IMG/VR virus record: IMGVR_UViG_2930734477_000003
Span: 5,708 to 69,707 of that record
DNA: 64,000 nucleotides
Origin: a virus
Taxonomy: Duplodnaviria; Caudoviricetes
Direction: 5' to 3' (one strand)
The notes beneath the pieces are model-generated. The model made no database searches. It was not told the DNA's origin and saw only the letters and a program-made list of their open reading frames with translations. Made by a program: the position numbers and the translations under genes. Within the stretch, counting starts at the first letter, position 1. Every line of letters starts with the position of its first letter. Positions 53,842 to 62,941 of this stretch are shown here, in pieces.

Positions 53842-54204
53842 TCACCGACCGGCGGCCTTCGCGCCTTGGGGCGCCTTGCGGATGGTGACGGTGCGGTCGC
53901 CGCGGCGGACGGCGGCGGCCAGGTGCGGGCTGACCCGGAAGCGGGTCTTGTTGTGCGCGGGCATGGGGACCGGCTCGCCGTTCTGCGGGTTGCGGGCCTG
54001 GCGTGCCGCGGTGCGGTAGGCGAACCAGGTGCCGAAGTTGGTGACCGAGACGTCGTGACCGGCGACGGCGGCGCGGGCGATGGCGTCGAACGTCGCGATG
54101 ATCGTGTCGCGGACCTGGGCGGGCGTGGTGTCGAGGTCTGCGGCCACGACCTCGATGAGCGTGGTCGTGGTCAGCCGCTGCGTGATGATGGTGGGCTTCT
54201 TCAT
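53842..54204 (-). CDS. HU/IHF-family DNA-binding protein
   Basis: VSVTNFGTW...AARQARNPQNGEPV. Confidence 0.9.
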   Translation of the reverse strand: MKKPTIITQRLTTTTLIEVVAADLDTTPAQVRDTIIATFDAIARAAVAGHDVSVTNFGTWFAYRTAARQARNPQNGEPVPMPAHNKTRFRVSPHLAAAVRRGDRTVTIRKAPQGAKAAGR

Positions 54205-54274
54205 GGCGTTCTCCAGATGGAGGTGGGGGCACCGGGCCGGGGACGGGGCCCGGCGCCGGACACCTGCCGGGGGG

Positions 54275-54547
54275 TCAGGTGCAGGTGGGGTCTTGGGGGA
54301 CGACGGCGATCGCGGCGTACGGCGAGTCGCCGTGGTAGGCGATGTAGAGGCGATTGCCGTGGTCGCACTTGGTCGCCGCGTTGGAGAAGCCGTCGGGCAT
54401 GCGGATCAGGTCGGCTGGGGAACCGTTGTCCTTGCCGGAGCGGGGCGCGTCCTTGAAGGGCTCGCTGTACTTGGAGCTGCACCCGGCCAGCGCCAGGAGA
54501 GTGAGGGCGGCGACGGCGGCCGCGAGTGCGCGGGCGGGACGCTTCAC
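54275..54547 (-). CDS. Small lipoprotein
   Basis: Signal peptide with LAGC lipobox; MPDGFSNAATKC. Confidence 0.8.
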   Translation of the reverse strand: MKRPARALAAAVAALTLLALAGCSSKYSEPFKDAPRSGKDNGSPADLIRMPDGFSNAATKCDHGNRLYIAYHGDSPYAAIAVVPQDPTCT

Positions 54548-55299
54548 GCCAGGATTCCCTTCGTACGGGCTGCGGCCAGCCAGGTGCCGTACTCCGCGGT
54601 GATGCCGTCGTAGAGGTCGGCGTCGGGGACGCTCATCGGGTCTGCGCCGGCGTGGAAGTACGCGGCGTTGTCGACGGCCCGGCCGCCCAGCGTGTCCAGT
54701 TGCCTCAGGAACGGCACCCGGTGCGGGCCGAAACCGACGAAGGACCAGAAGAGGGGCAGCTTGGACGCCCGGGCGAGTTCGAGGCGGGTCGCCTCCTCGT
54801 CCTGCGGTGCGCCGTCGGTCTGGAAGACGACGAGCGCCGGGTCTCCGGCCTCGGACGCCAGGTAGTGATCGATGACCGCCCTCATCGCGAGGGTGTACCG
54901 GGTACCGCCCATCGTGTGCTCGCCGCCGTGGAACTGGTGCTGGCGCGCCACGACGCCCTCGTACTGGTCGAGGCAGATGTCGACGATCGGGTACGGACGG
55001 CTGTCGAAGAAGACGAGCGGGACCGCGCCGTCGTCGTCCAGATTGACGCAGAGCCCGAGGACCCGGTCGGCGAGATGCTGCACGCTGCCGTCACGGAAGT
55101 AGTCGGCCATGGAACCGGAGCGGTCGACCACCAGATAGACGGCCGCCCGCCGCTCTGCGGCGCCGTGCTTCTCCAGTGACGCGGCGGCCGTCTTCGCGAG
55201 GGAGACGAGCCCGGCCGGCACGCCGACGAGCGGCTCCGCCGGTGCCGGTCGCGGAGGCGCGGGCGGGGTTGGCCGGTCGGATTTCCTGCTGAACAGCAT
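54544..55299 (-). CDS. vWA domain protein (TerF-associated type)
   Basis: LVVDRSGSM MIDAS; GGTRY; FQTDG; FWSFVGFG; RAVDNA. Confidence 0.88.
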   Translation of the reverse strand: MLFSRKSDRPTPPAPPRPAPAEPLVGVPAGLVSLAKTAAASLEKHGAAERRAAVYLVVDRSGSMADYFRDGSVQHLADRVLGLCVNLDDDGAVPLVFFDSRPYPIVDICLDQYEGVVARQHQFHGGEHTMGGTRYTLAMRAVIDHYLASEAGDPALVVFQTDGAPQDEEATRLELARASKLPLFWSFVGFGPHRVPFLRQLDTLGGRAVDNAAYFHAGADPMSVPDADLYDGITAEYGTWLAAARTKGILA

Positions 55300-55368
55300 G
55301 TGGTTCTCCTTGGGTTGGGCCGCCCGCCGCCGGGCCTGTGTCATCCCGGCGGCAGGCGGGGTCTGGGG

Positions 55369-55818
55369 TCAGCTCGGCTCGGCGGCCGGGCCGGGCGTCA
55401 GCGGCGCCGCATGCAGGGGCACGACCACCGACGACGGCACCGGTGTGGCCGGGGGCGTCAGCGGCACCACCGCCGCCAGGGGCCGGATGGCCGTGGCGTT
55501 GGCCAGCCGCGCCTTCAGCGCCTGGTGCGCCTCCCGCAGTTGCTTCGCGTCGGCCTCGCAGTCCTTGACGAGCTGCTCCGCCTTTCCGAGCAGCGCCAGG
55601 GCCTGGTCCCGCTCGCCCGTCACGGCGTCGAGTTCGGCGGCCAGGCCGACCAGATTCGACGTCAGCTCTTCGGCCTGGCGCTCGGCGCGGGCGAGGTCGG
55701 CGCGCAGCCGGGAGCGGGGCACCACGTAGCGGTGCAGGCCCCGACCGGCGGGGGCCACGGCGTAGACGACCGCGGCCGTGCCGCCCACGCCGAGGACGAG
55801 GAGAAAGGAGGCGATCAC
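55369..55818 (-). CDS. Membrane-anchored coiled-coil protein
   Basis: N-terminal TM, then heptad pattern. Confidence 0.65.
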   Translation of the reverse strand: MIASFLLVLGVGGTAAVVYAVAPAGRGLHRYVVPRSRLRADLARAERQAEELTSNLVGLAAELDAVTGERDQALALLGKAEQLVKDCEADAKQLREAHQALKARLANATAIRPLAAVVPLTPPATPVPSSVVVPLHAAPLTPGPAAEPS

Positions 55819-56066
55819 TGGACGCCGCCTCTCGTCGCCGGGATCTGCCCGAAGGGCTGCGACGTGTCGAAGCGCGGGCCGCCGGTCGCCTGCCGCAGCT
55901 CCCTGTAGGCGCCCTCGTTGGCGGCCTGGAGTGCGGCGAGCTGCTCGTCGAGGCGGCGTGCACGGTCGACGGCGGCGGCGAGCTGCGCGCGCAGGCGGCG
56001 GACCTCCGCGTCGGTGATGAGAGTGCGCAGGCGGCGGACGCCGGTGTGGATGAAGTCGAGACCCAT
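55815..56066 (-). CDS. Small coiled-coil protein
   Basis: GGAGG RBS; LAALQAANE. Confidence 0.65.
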   Translation of the reverse strand: MGLDFIHTGVRRLRTLITDAEVRRLRAQLAAAVDRARRLDEQLAALQAANEGAYRELRQATGGPRFDTSQPFGQIPATRGGVQ

Positions 56067-56410
56067 CAGGTCCTCCGGGTGGCGGTGGCGGCCGCGTCGA
56101 GGCGGCGGGAGAAGTGGTCGAAGGACTCGGTGAGCCCGCCGGCGACGGAGTCGCGGAAGTCGCGGGCGGCCCGGTCCAGGTAGCGGACCCACAGGTCGGC
56201 GCCGTCCTCGGTCAGCCGGGCCCGACCTTCGAAGGAGCCGGGCGGCCGGTAGGCGGGCAGCTTCTCGGCGGTGCGCACCTGGAGTGCGGCCGACGTGGCG
56301 CTGGCCCCGCTGCCGTACCGTCCGGCGAGCACCCACTGGCCGGGCATCTGCCTGGCCTGGGAGGCGGCGTGCTGGTGGTCGGTCTCCGACCTGGCCGTGT
56401 GGCGTTTCAC
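56066..56410 (-). CDS. Hypothetical protein (paralogous small domain A)
   Basis: PGQWVLAGRY...YRPPGSFEGR...LWVRY. Confidence 0.7.
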   Translation of the reverse strand: MKRHTARSETDHQHAASQARQMPGQWVLAGRYGSGASATSAALQVRTAEKLPAYRPPGSFEGRARLTEDGADLWVRYLDRAARDFRDSVAGGLTESFDHFSRRLDAAATATRRT

Positions 56411-56739
56411 CGGCGCTCACCGCGCAGACTGGCCGGGGTCCGCACGAGGTGCTCGCGCAGGATCCCGGTGGTGACGTCGTAGTCCTGCGCGCGGGTCCAG
56501 TTCGCGTGGGGGAAAGCGTCGCGCAGGATGAGGGCCGCAACGTGGTGGAGGCCGCCTTCGCGCAGCGGGACCTCCTTGCCGCCGACGCCGACCGCCATGG
56601 CCACCCACCGGTAGCCGTCCGGCCAGTTCACGCGGGTGAGGCGGATCTCGCGCACCGCGCGTCCGACCAGGGTGTAGAGCTGTTCGCGCAGCGCCCGCTT
56701 CTTCGCGGCGTCCACGGTGAACTCGGTCTGGGTGCTCAT
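56407..56739 (-). CDS. Hypothetical protein
   Basis: AFPHANWTRAQDYDVTTG; coupled. Confidence 0.7.
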   Translation of the reverse strand: MSTQTEFTVDAAKKRALREQLYTLVGRAVREIRLTRVNWPDGYRWVAMAVGVGGKEVPLREGGLHHVAALILRDAFPHANWTRAQDYDVTTGILREHLVRTPASLRGERR

Positions 56740-57155
56740 GCCTCACCGCCGGGGTGGAAGCAGCCGTGGACGTCGGCCATGAGCCGGTTGTAGGCGGCGA
56801 GCGTTGCGGGGCTCCAGCGGTGCTCGGGGCCGGCGTGGGCGTCGCGGAACCAGCGGTCGCAGACGGCGAGGAGCAGGGTTTCGCGGTCGGCGTCGCGGGC
56901 GGCCTGCGCGCGGTCGGCGGGGGTCGTCTCGGGGTGGTCGGCGGCGAGTTGGGCGAACGCGGCCTCGAGGGCCGGGGCGTCCAGGGCGTGCCGGTCCGGG
57001 TCGTCGAGGGGCAGTGCGTCGTGCAGCTCGGCGAAGTAGGCGGCCTGCGCGCGGCGGGAGTGCCGCAGTGTGAAGGCGGCCCAGCGTTCGCGGAGGCCGG
57101 TGCGCGGGTGGCGCGGGGTGGTGCGACGGCTGATGTGCAGCGTTGCCATCGCCAT
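56736..57155 (-). CDS. Hypothetical protein
   Basis: GGAGG RBS; coupled. Confidence 0.65.
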   Translation of the reverse strand: MAMATLHISRRTTPRHPRTGLRERWAAFTLRHSRRAQAAYFAELHDALPLDDPDRHALDAPALEAAFAQLAADHPETTPADRAQAARDADRETLLLAVCDRWFRDAHAGPEHRWSPATLAAYNRLMADVHGCFHPGGEA

Positions 57156-57164
57156 CGCCTCCCT

Positions 57165-57509
57165 TCAGGAGCAGTCGGATTCGGGGTTGTGGTGCTGTGC
57201 CGCTCGTGCGGCGGCGTTCGCCGCCCGGGCGGCTGCGGCACCGCGCTGGTAGGTCTCGGGGCCCGGTGGGCGGCGGCTGTGGCGCCAGGGCTCCTGGCCG
57301 CCGGCCAGCAGGTCGGGGGGTTCGGCCTGCGGGTCGGCGATCAGTTGGGCCACGGCGACGAGGAGGCGGCCGAAGGAGATGTCCTCCCGGCAGCGGATCT
57401 GTGCGAGGACGTCGCGCAGGTGGTCGGGTGACCAGTCCGGTCGGGCGGCTGCGGCCAGGGCGAGCAGCGGGCCGGTGGCCGGGCGGGGGACGCCGGTGTC
57501 GTCGGTCAT
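57165..57509 (-). CDS. Hypothetical protein
   Basis: LAAAARPDW motif; follows replication gene. Confidence 0.65.
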   Translation of the reverse strand: MTDDTGVPRPATGPLLALAAAARPDWSPDHLRDVLAQIRCREDISFGRLLVAVAQLIADPQAEPPDLLAGGQEPWRHSRRPPGPETYQRGAAAARAANAAARAAQHHNPESDCS

Positions 57510-58813
57510 GACTGCCACCTCCTCAGCAGGGTCAGGGGCTCGGGCGGGCGGCAGGCCCGGCAGACGCCGTCCGGGAGCGGGGTTCGCGACGGGGCGCGGC
57601 AGGCGTCGCATTCGTGCCAGCGGCTGCGGTGGCCGGGCGGCTCGGGGCGGCGGGCCGACGGATGCCAGGCGGGCGGCCGGAGGTCACCGGCGGCGCGCAG
57701 TTCGGCGCAGACATCGCAGCGGACGCCGGTGTGCCAGATCCGGCCCGACTCACACGCGGTCAGCCCGCAGCCGTTGCGCTTGAGGGCGGGGCCGAGGAGC
57801 CAGCGCGCCGGGGTCTGGATGGTCCTGGTGGACGCGAACCGGTACTCCAGCCGGGCGCGCAGCCGTTCGGGTTCCTGGCCCTCGTCGAGCTGGCGGGCGA
57901 TCTCCCGCCACAGTGCGTCGGTCTCCCAGGGCGTCAGGCTCGGCAGCAGGGGCGCCACCGGCTCGATCACCTTCCGGAGCACTGCCCACATCCGCGGAGC
58001 GAACGTCAGGCGCGGCCCGCCGTACGGTCGGCGCTTCTGCGGCGGGAGCGGGACGAGGTCCTCGCCCGCGCTACTGCCTGAGGTTCGCCTGCGGCGGATG
58101 GAACCACCGGCCGGCGGTTCTTCCGGTGAGTCAGTCTGGTGGTGTTCCTTATACGCGAGGGACCCCTCACCAAGATCCCCAGCCGATCCCTCTTCAGTGT
58201 CCGCGGTCAGCGCGGCCTGGACCGGCTCGTCGTACACGGTGTAGTGGTGGCGGCCCCGGAATCCGGCCCGGCGCTCGACGCCGATCCAGCCCAGGTCCTC
58301 CAGGTTCCGCAGGATCCGGCGCACCGAGCGAACGTTGAGTGCCTGGCCGGCCTTCTTGCCGGACCGGTTCCGCAGGACGCGCGCCAGTTCGGCCAGGGTG
58401 ATTTCCTGGCCCACCGCGGTGGCGTAGCTGATCGCGGCGTAGCAGCGCAGTTCACGGGAGTTGAGGGCCTCGGCGGCCCGTGTCGGCACCCAGGCGCCGT
58501 GCTCGGACCGGGACACCTTGCGTATCCAGCGCGCCGCGGTACGGCCGGTGCCGCTGACTTCCCACGTGCGCCGGTCGCTGATCAGCTCGACGACGTCGTC
58601 CACGGGGTCCGGGCGCATCATCTCCGTGAACGCCCGCTCGATCGTGGACCGGCCGACCCCCAGGAGACCGGCGAGGTAGGCGACCCCGGCCTCGCAGCCT
58701 GTCTCGCGCCGCATGAGCGCCGCGACCTTGACGTACACGGGTAGCACGCAGTCGCTGTACGAGCCGACGATCACGCGGAGCGGGACACGGACGCGTTGGG
58801 GCATGGGGGTCAC
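57506..58813 (-). CDS. Putative replication initiator (two winged-HTH regions, C-terminal Cys motifs)
   Basis: LAGLLGVGRSTIER; VRSVRRILRNLEDLGWIGV; position near RuvC-like gene. Confidence 0.65.
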   Translation of the reverse strand: MTPMPQRVRVPLRVIVGSYSDCVLPVYVKVAALMRRETGCEAGVAYLAGLLGVGRSTIERAFTEMMRPDPVDDVVELISDRRTWEVSGTGRTAARWIRKVSRSEHGAWVPTRAAEALNSRELRCYAAISYATAVGQEITLAELARVLRNRSGKKAGQALNVRSVRRILRNLEDLGWIGVERRAGFRGRHHYTVYDEPVQAALTADTEEGSAGDLGEGSLAYKEHHQTDSPEEPPAGGSIRRRRTSGSSAGEDLVPLPPQKRRPYGGPRLTFAPRMWAVLRKVIEPVAPLLPSLTPWETDALWREIARQLDEGQEPERLRARLEYRFASTRTIQTPARWLLGPALKRNGCGLTACESGRIWHTGVRCDVCAELRAAGDLRPPAWHPSARRPEPPGHRSRWHECDACRAPSRTPLPDGVCRACRPPEPLTLLRRWQS

Positions 58814-58856
58814 CTCCTCTCAGGGGCGAGCAGGGTGGGGGCAGGTCAGCAGCAGA

Positions 58857-59432
58857 TCAAGGTCTCGCCGGATCCCTCGCGATGGTGAATTCGGATCGGT
58901 AGGCGCGGCGGAACGCAATCTCGCCGGGGCCGAAGAGGTGATTGAAATGACAGATCCCTCGCGCGCGAGGCGAGCAGCGGCGGCACGCGAGGGACAGGCT
59001 CGGCCGTACCCATGAATGGGATCCGCAACCCGCGCACTTTCCCAGCAGGCAATTCACTGCGAGAGTGTCCTGCCAGTTCATGGAACCTGAGTGCATGTCT
59101 GCCATTTCGCGGGCTGGATGGCCGATCAGCACGATTTCGCCGCCCGCCCATGCGCAGCGGCAGACTCCTACGCATCGGCAAGCCAAATAGTTAGCAAGAC
59201 GGTACGGCTTCTCAATGCGCGGGACCCCGGGGCCTTTCACCTCGATCCACGTTCCGATCTCTGGCAGGTGAAAGTCGGGAACGTAGCGATCCCCGGAAGG
59301 GAGCGTGAAATAGCGAGGTTCGTACTCCCACTTGATGCCGAGGCTTTCCAGCGTTGCGGCCCAGTCGGCTTCGAGGGAGGAACGGAATGCCACCCCACTG
59401 TGGAGCCTGGGAATCGCGTTAGGAGCCGCCAT
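58857..59432 (-). CDS. PD-(D/E)XK nuclease with C-terminal Cys motifs
   Basis: FRSSLEADWA...WEYEP...YVPDF...IEVKG; lower GC. Confidence 0.85.
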   Translation of the reverse strand: MAAPNAIPRLHSGVAFRSSLEADWAATLESLGIKWEYEPRYFTLPSGDRYVPDFHLPEIGTWIEVKGPGVPRIEKPYRLANYLACRCVGVCRCAWAGGEIVLIGHPAREMADMHSGSMNWQDTLAVNCLLGKCAGCGSHSWVRPSLSLACRRCSPRARGICHFNHLFGPGEIAFRRAYRSEFTIARDPARP

Positions 59433-59435
59433 GGG

Positions 59436-59945
59436 TCACTCGCCTCCGTCGCCGAGGGCGCCGTCGAGGCCGGCGGTCAGGCCGTCGGCGACGGTCTTCA
59501 TCTCGTGCATCACCTCGGAGACCGTCAGGTTCGAGGTGTGCAGGACGCGCCGGGCGTACGACGCCCAGTGGCCGAGCGCGGCCCGCAGGCGGGCGGTCTC
59601 GAGGTAGGCGAGCTGCCCGCCGGTCAGGCGCAGCGTGTCCTCGTCCAGCTCGAGCTGACCGTCCTCGTCGAGGGTTCCGCGGGCCGTCCGCTGCAAGTGC
59701 AGGAACCGCAGCGCCTCCCGGACGTAGCCTTCCTGCGACTCGTTCGGCAGCTCCAGGGCGACGATGCGGACCCGGACCGACGGCTCCTTCTCCGACCCGG
59801 GCGCGGGCTCCATGCGCTCGGTCGCGGCGAACTCGCCGATGAAGAGACGGCGCGCGGCGGGCGTGGAGTACACGGGGCGGACATGCGGCTCGAGCGCCTC
59901 CTGCGCCGAAGCGGACACCTTGGATTCGAACTTCAGTTGAGTCAC
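59436..59945 (-). CDS. Hypothetical protein
   Basis: GAAAGG RBS; LQRTARGTL. Confidence 0.7.
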   Translation of the reverse strand: MTQLKFESKVSASAQEALEPHVRPVYSTPAARRLFIGEFAATERMEPAPGSEKEPSVRVRIVALELPNESQEGYVREALRFLHLQRTARGTLDEDGQLELDEDTLRLTGGQLAYLETARLRAALGHWASYARRVLHTSNLTVSEVMHEMKTVADGLTAGLDGALGDGGE

Positions 59946-60487
59946 GACGGATTGCCTTTCGGGACGGGCCAGGTGGCCCTGGTGAGCCGGTCGCGCTGGG
60001 CGGCGGGCAGCGAGAACTCGGGGCGGCCGAGCCAGTCGAGGCCGGCCCATCGCAGCCAGGCGGCGTCGCACTGGTCGCTGTCGGCGAACTCACGGCCGGT
60101 GCGCTTGTACGCGGCCATGGCCATCGCCGTCTTGTCCGCGGAGGTGCTGCCGGTGGCGTACGCCTTGAGGACCGTCGGGTTGATCACGGCGTAGGGGGTG
60201 CCGAAGTCGATCAGCCGGAGCCTCACGGCGCCGTGGACCATGTGGATGGCCTTGATCGCCGGTCCCTTGAGGCCGGGCGGCGCCTCCTCCATGACGACCA
60301 GGTCGCAGCCGTCACGGGTGCCGTCGGCCTCGTCGCCGAGGGCCAGGCCGACCTGGTCGACGATGTGCTGGAGACGCCGGTCGCCGTCCTTCTGAACGGT
60401 CTTGATCGTCTTCGTGGTGCCGTCGGGCAGACAGATGCCCGACGCGGTCATGGACAGATCGAGTCCGAGGACACGGAAGCCGGTCAC
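59942..60487 (-). CDS. RuvC-like Holliday junction resolvase
   Basis: VLGLDLSMTASG; VVMEE; LKAYATG...ADK; DQCDA. Confidence 0.88.
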   Translation of the reverse strand: MTGFRVLGLDLSMTASGICLPDGTTKTIKTVQKDGDRRLQHIVDQVGLALGDEADGTRDGCDLVVMEEAPPGLKGPAIKAIHMVHGAVRLRLIDFGTPYAVINPTVLKAYATGSTSADKTAMAMAAYKRTGREFADSDQCDAAWLRWAGLDWLGRPEFSLPAAQRDRLTRATWPVPKGNPS

Positions 60488-60750
60488 GCTGCACCGCCCT
60501 CCCGGCGGGCGGCGACGCGCGCCTGCCACTCCTCCTCGGTCAGGTACTGCGTCTGTCTGCGCACCCGCCGCTTGTCCGGGTTCCGGGCGTACCACGCGCG
60601 CTGGTAGGCGTTCTCGGCGTCGAGGCACGGCCGGCACAGCGGCTCCTTGCGGTACCGGTGCTGGCGGGCGCCCCGGTAGGTGCCGTGCGCGATCGGCTTG
60701 CGCGGCCTGCCGACGCAGCGCTTCTTCGGCCCGGACTCGTGTTCGCTCAC
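60484..60750 (-). CDS. Small Zn-binding protein (may extend to GTG at 61203)
   Basis: HGTYRGARQHRYRKEPLCRPC; AGGAG RBS. Confidence 0.7.
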   Translation of the reverse strand: MSEHESGPKKRCVGRPRKPIAHGTYRGARQHRYRKEPLCRPCLDAENAYQRAWYARNPDKRRVRRQTQYLTEEEWQARVAARREGGAA

Positions 60751-60917
60751 GGGAAGTGCTCCTGTGTCTTGCTGGTCTGGGTGACCGGGCCGGAGGGTGA
60801 GACGGGGGCCTCCGGCCCGGTCGCGGTCCCGTACGGCGCAGGCCGGGTCTTCGGCGCCGGAAAGTGGCGGCGCCTCTTCGGCCTTCACTCCCGCCATGCC
60901 GCTGGTCGGACAGGCGA

Positions 60918-61104
60918 CGGCAGGTGATGTTGACGCCGTACGGGTGGTCTGGGGTCCGCCCGGAGCAGGCGGCGTCACCGGAGCAGAGTCGATCAACTCC
61001 TCTGCCGCCTTGGATCCCGGCTCGGCGCTGAGGACGCCGGCGGGTGACGTTGACTCCGGGCGGACGGTCTGGGGCCCGCCCGACGCAGGCAGGCTCACAG
61101 GGGC
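60918..61104. repeat. Imperfect ~67-bp direct repeat, period 120 bp
   Basis: 60918-60984 vs 61038-61104 share GGTGAYGTTGAC and GGTCTGGGGYCCGCCCG. Confidence 0.8.
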
Positions 61105-61199
61105 GGCACGGAGAGAGCACCCCTCCCCTGCCTTCGCTTCCGCAGCGCCGGGAGCGCGCACGATGGCGGCGGACGACGTGAACGTCGGGCGGGCGGTCT

Positions 61200-61517
61200 T
61201 CACGGGCCGGTCACCTCGCCGGAGGTGCGCGCAGTGCTCTGGCCCACGTGGCGGACGTACACGCGGTACTCGCCGAACATGGTGTGCGACTCGGCTTCGA
61301 ACGAGCCGGAGGGTGCGAACGGCCGGTCCTTCGGGGCCTGGGCGACACGGAGTTCGTGCGCCGCCTGCCGCATCGCGCCTTGCGTGGAGTACTTGCCGAG
61401 CAGGGCCCACTCACCGGTGCGGGCCCGAAGGGCGTCGGCGAAAGCCTGCCGGGACGTGACGCCGCGGAGGGCATCGTGCGCAGGCACTTCGAACGCGACG
61501 TTGACCATGGTGGTCAC
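61200..61517 (-). CDS. Hypothetical protein (paralogous small domain A)
   Basis: TGEWALLGKY...FAPSGSFEAE...VYVRHVG. Confidence 0.7.
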   Translation of the reverse strand: MTTMVNVAFEVPAHDALRGVTSRQAFADALRARTGEWALLGKYSTQGAMRQAAHELRVAQAPKDRPFAPSGSFEAESHTMFGEYRVYVRHVGQSTARTSGEVTGP

Positions 61518-61993
61518 GGCAGCCTCACCGTCCGGATCGTGATGCCGGGGGTGTGGGCGGTGCGGCAGTGCTCGGCGATCTCGCGGACCGACTCGGCCCA
61601 CGAGGGGGAGAAGTCGCGCGGGGTCTGTCCGGCGAGGGCCTTGAGGACGCCGCCGTGCACGGTGTCCAGGACGGTCACCGGCTGCGGCAGCGGTTCGATC
61701 TCGATCAGGCCGCGCGCGGTGTTGGCCGGGTTCCAGCCGGTGAAGACGATGCTGCCGTGGTAGGGCTGGACCGCAGCGCCGAGCACGGCAAGCAGGCAGG
61801 AGGCCACCTCGTTGTACGGGTAGCGCTTCGGGTAGAGCAGGCCGCAGTCGTTGGCCCAGCCGGCCGCGGCGACGCCGGGCAGGCTGATGCGGGCCTTGCC
61901 CTCGGGGCCGACGAGCGCCTCCCAGTCGAGGCGGCCGTCGTGGTGGGTGAGCGTGCCGTCCGGGGTGACGACCGCATACCTGAAGGTGCTCAT
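61514..61993 (-). CDS. Hypothetical protein
   Basis: WANDCGL...NEVAS...YHGSIVFTG. Confidence 0.7.
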   Translation of the reverse strand: MSTFRYAVVTPDGTLTHHDGRLDWEALVGPEGKARISLPGVAAAGWANDCGLLYPKRYPYNEVASCLLAVLGAAVQPYHGSIVFTGWNPANTARGLIEIEPLPQPVTVLDTVHGGVLKALAGQTPRDFSPSWAESVREIAEHCRTAHTPGITIRTVRLP

Positions 61994-62646
61994 CGGGGGG
62001 CCTCCGTAGGGGCGGGGTCGCCGACGTAGTGGACGCGCAGCACCCAGCGCCTGTCGGCGTCGCGGACGGAGCGGGCATGGAAGGCGCCGGCGGGGGCGAA
62101 GGGGGCGAGCAGGCCCTTGTTGATGCGCCGGCTCGCCTTCTGGGTGGAGTTGCGCTGCGCGTACGGGCCGATGTCGATGAATCCGTCCGGGTCCCGGCGT
62201 AGCTGTTCGGCGACCTGGGCGTACAGCTTCTGCCAGTTGGGGGTGCCTTTTGCGGGTGCGGGCCTGGGCTCGCCGGGGAGGCCGGCGGCGGTGATCCACC
62301 CGTAGTGCACGGCGACAGCGACTGCCTGTGCCGCCCCGCGCGCACCGACCTTGCTGAAGGCCCTGCCGCAGAGGATCCGCACGGTGTTCAGGCTGAGCGT
62401 GAGCGTGTGGGCGGTCTGCCGGTACGTCAGGCCCTGCGCCAGCAGGGTGAGGACCTCCGCCTCCCGCTCCGTGAGCGGGGACGGCGGGCGCCTCGGGCGG
62501 TGGGCGGCGATGACCTTCTCCACCGCGTCGAGGGTGGCCATACCGGTCTCGCCGGACGCGGCCGCCCACAGCTCTTCGAGGAACTCGCCGAGCTGCTCGG
62601 CCGGCAGCGTGCGGGCCCACGGGAAGGCGTACCTTCTACCGGCCAT
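61990..62646 (-). CDS. LuxR-type HTH protein fused to domain A
   Basis: LTEREAEVLTLLAQGLTYRQTA...TVR; C-terminal FAPAGAFHAR...VHYVG. Confidence 0.8.
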   Translation of the reverse strand: MAGRRYAFPWARTLPAEQLGEFLEELWAAASGETGMATLDAVEKVIAAHRPRRPPSPLTEREAEVLTLLAQGLTYRQTAHTLTLSLNTVRILCGRAFSKVGARGAAQAVAVAVHYGWITAAGLPGEPRPAPAKGTPNWQKLYAQVAEQLRRDPDGFIDIGPYAQRNSTQKASRRINKGLLAPFAPAGAFHARSVRDADRRWVLRVHYVGDPAPTEAPR

Positions 62647-62941
62647 GGTGCGCACCGCCGTTCGCGCGCTCGAGCTGGCTGATGCGGGCCTTGAGGATGC
62701 GGATCTCGTTGCGCTGGCGGGAGACCTCGCCGACATACCGGGGCAGGGCCTCTCGGGCATGCCGGACGAACTCGATGACGGCCAGGTGCACGGTGTCGTC
62801 GAAGCACTCCAGGAAGCTGATGGGGCCCAGCGCGTCGGGCATCCCGTAGTCGTTGGGGACGGGCTCCCAGGGGCCGTTGGGGACGGCCGCGACGATCTGC
62901 TGCGTCGTGCGCAGGTAGTCGGCGTCCATCGGCTCAGGCAT
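62636..62941 (-). CDS. Ead/Ea22-like hypothetical protein
   Basis: PNGPW...EFVRHAREALP; C-terminal coiled coil. Confidence 0.6.
   Translation of the reverse strand: MPEPMDADYLRTTQQIVAAVPNGPWEPVPNDYGMPDALGPISFLECFDDTVHLAVIEFVRHAREALPRYVGEVSRQRNEIRILKARISQLERANGGAHHGR

Noticed and set aside
58140-58205. Possible iterons/origin inside the replication gene
   Set aside because: Only short GATCCC/GAGGG echoes; too weak to call
58857-59432. Restriction-modification pair of this nuclease with the methyltransferase at 32724
   Set aside because: 25 kb apart; this nuclease type is common as a stand-alone phage gene
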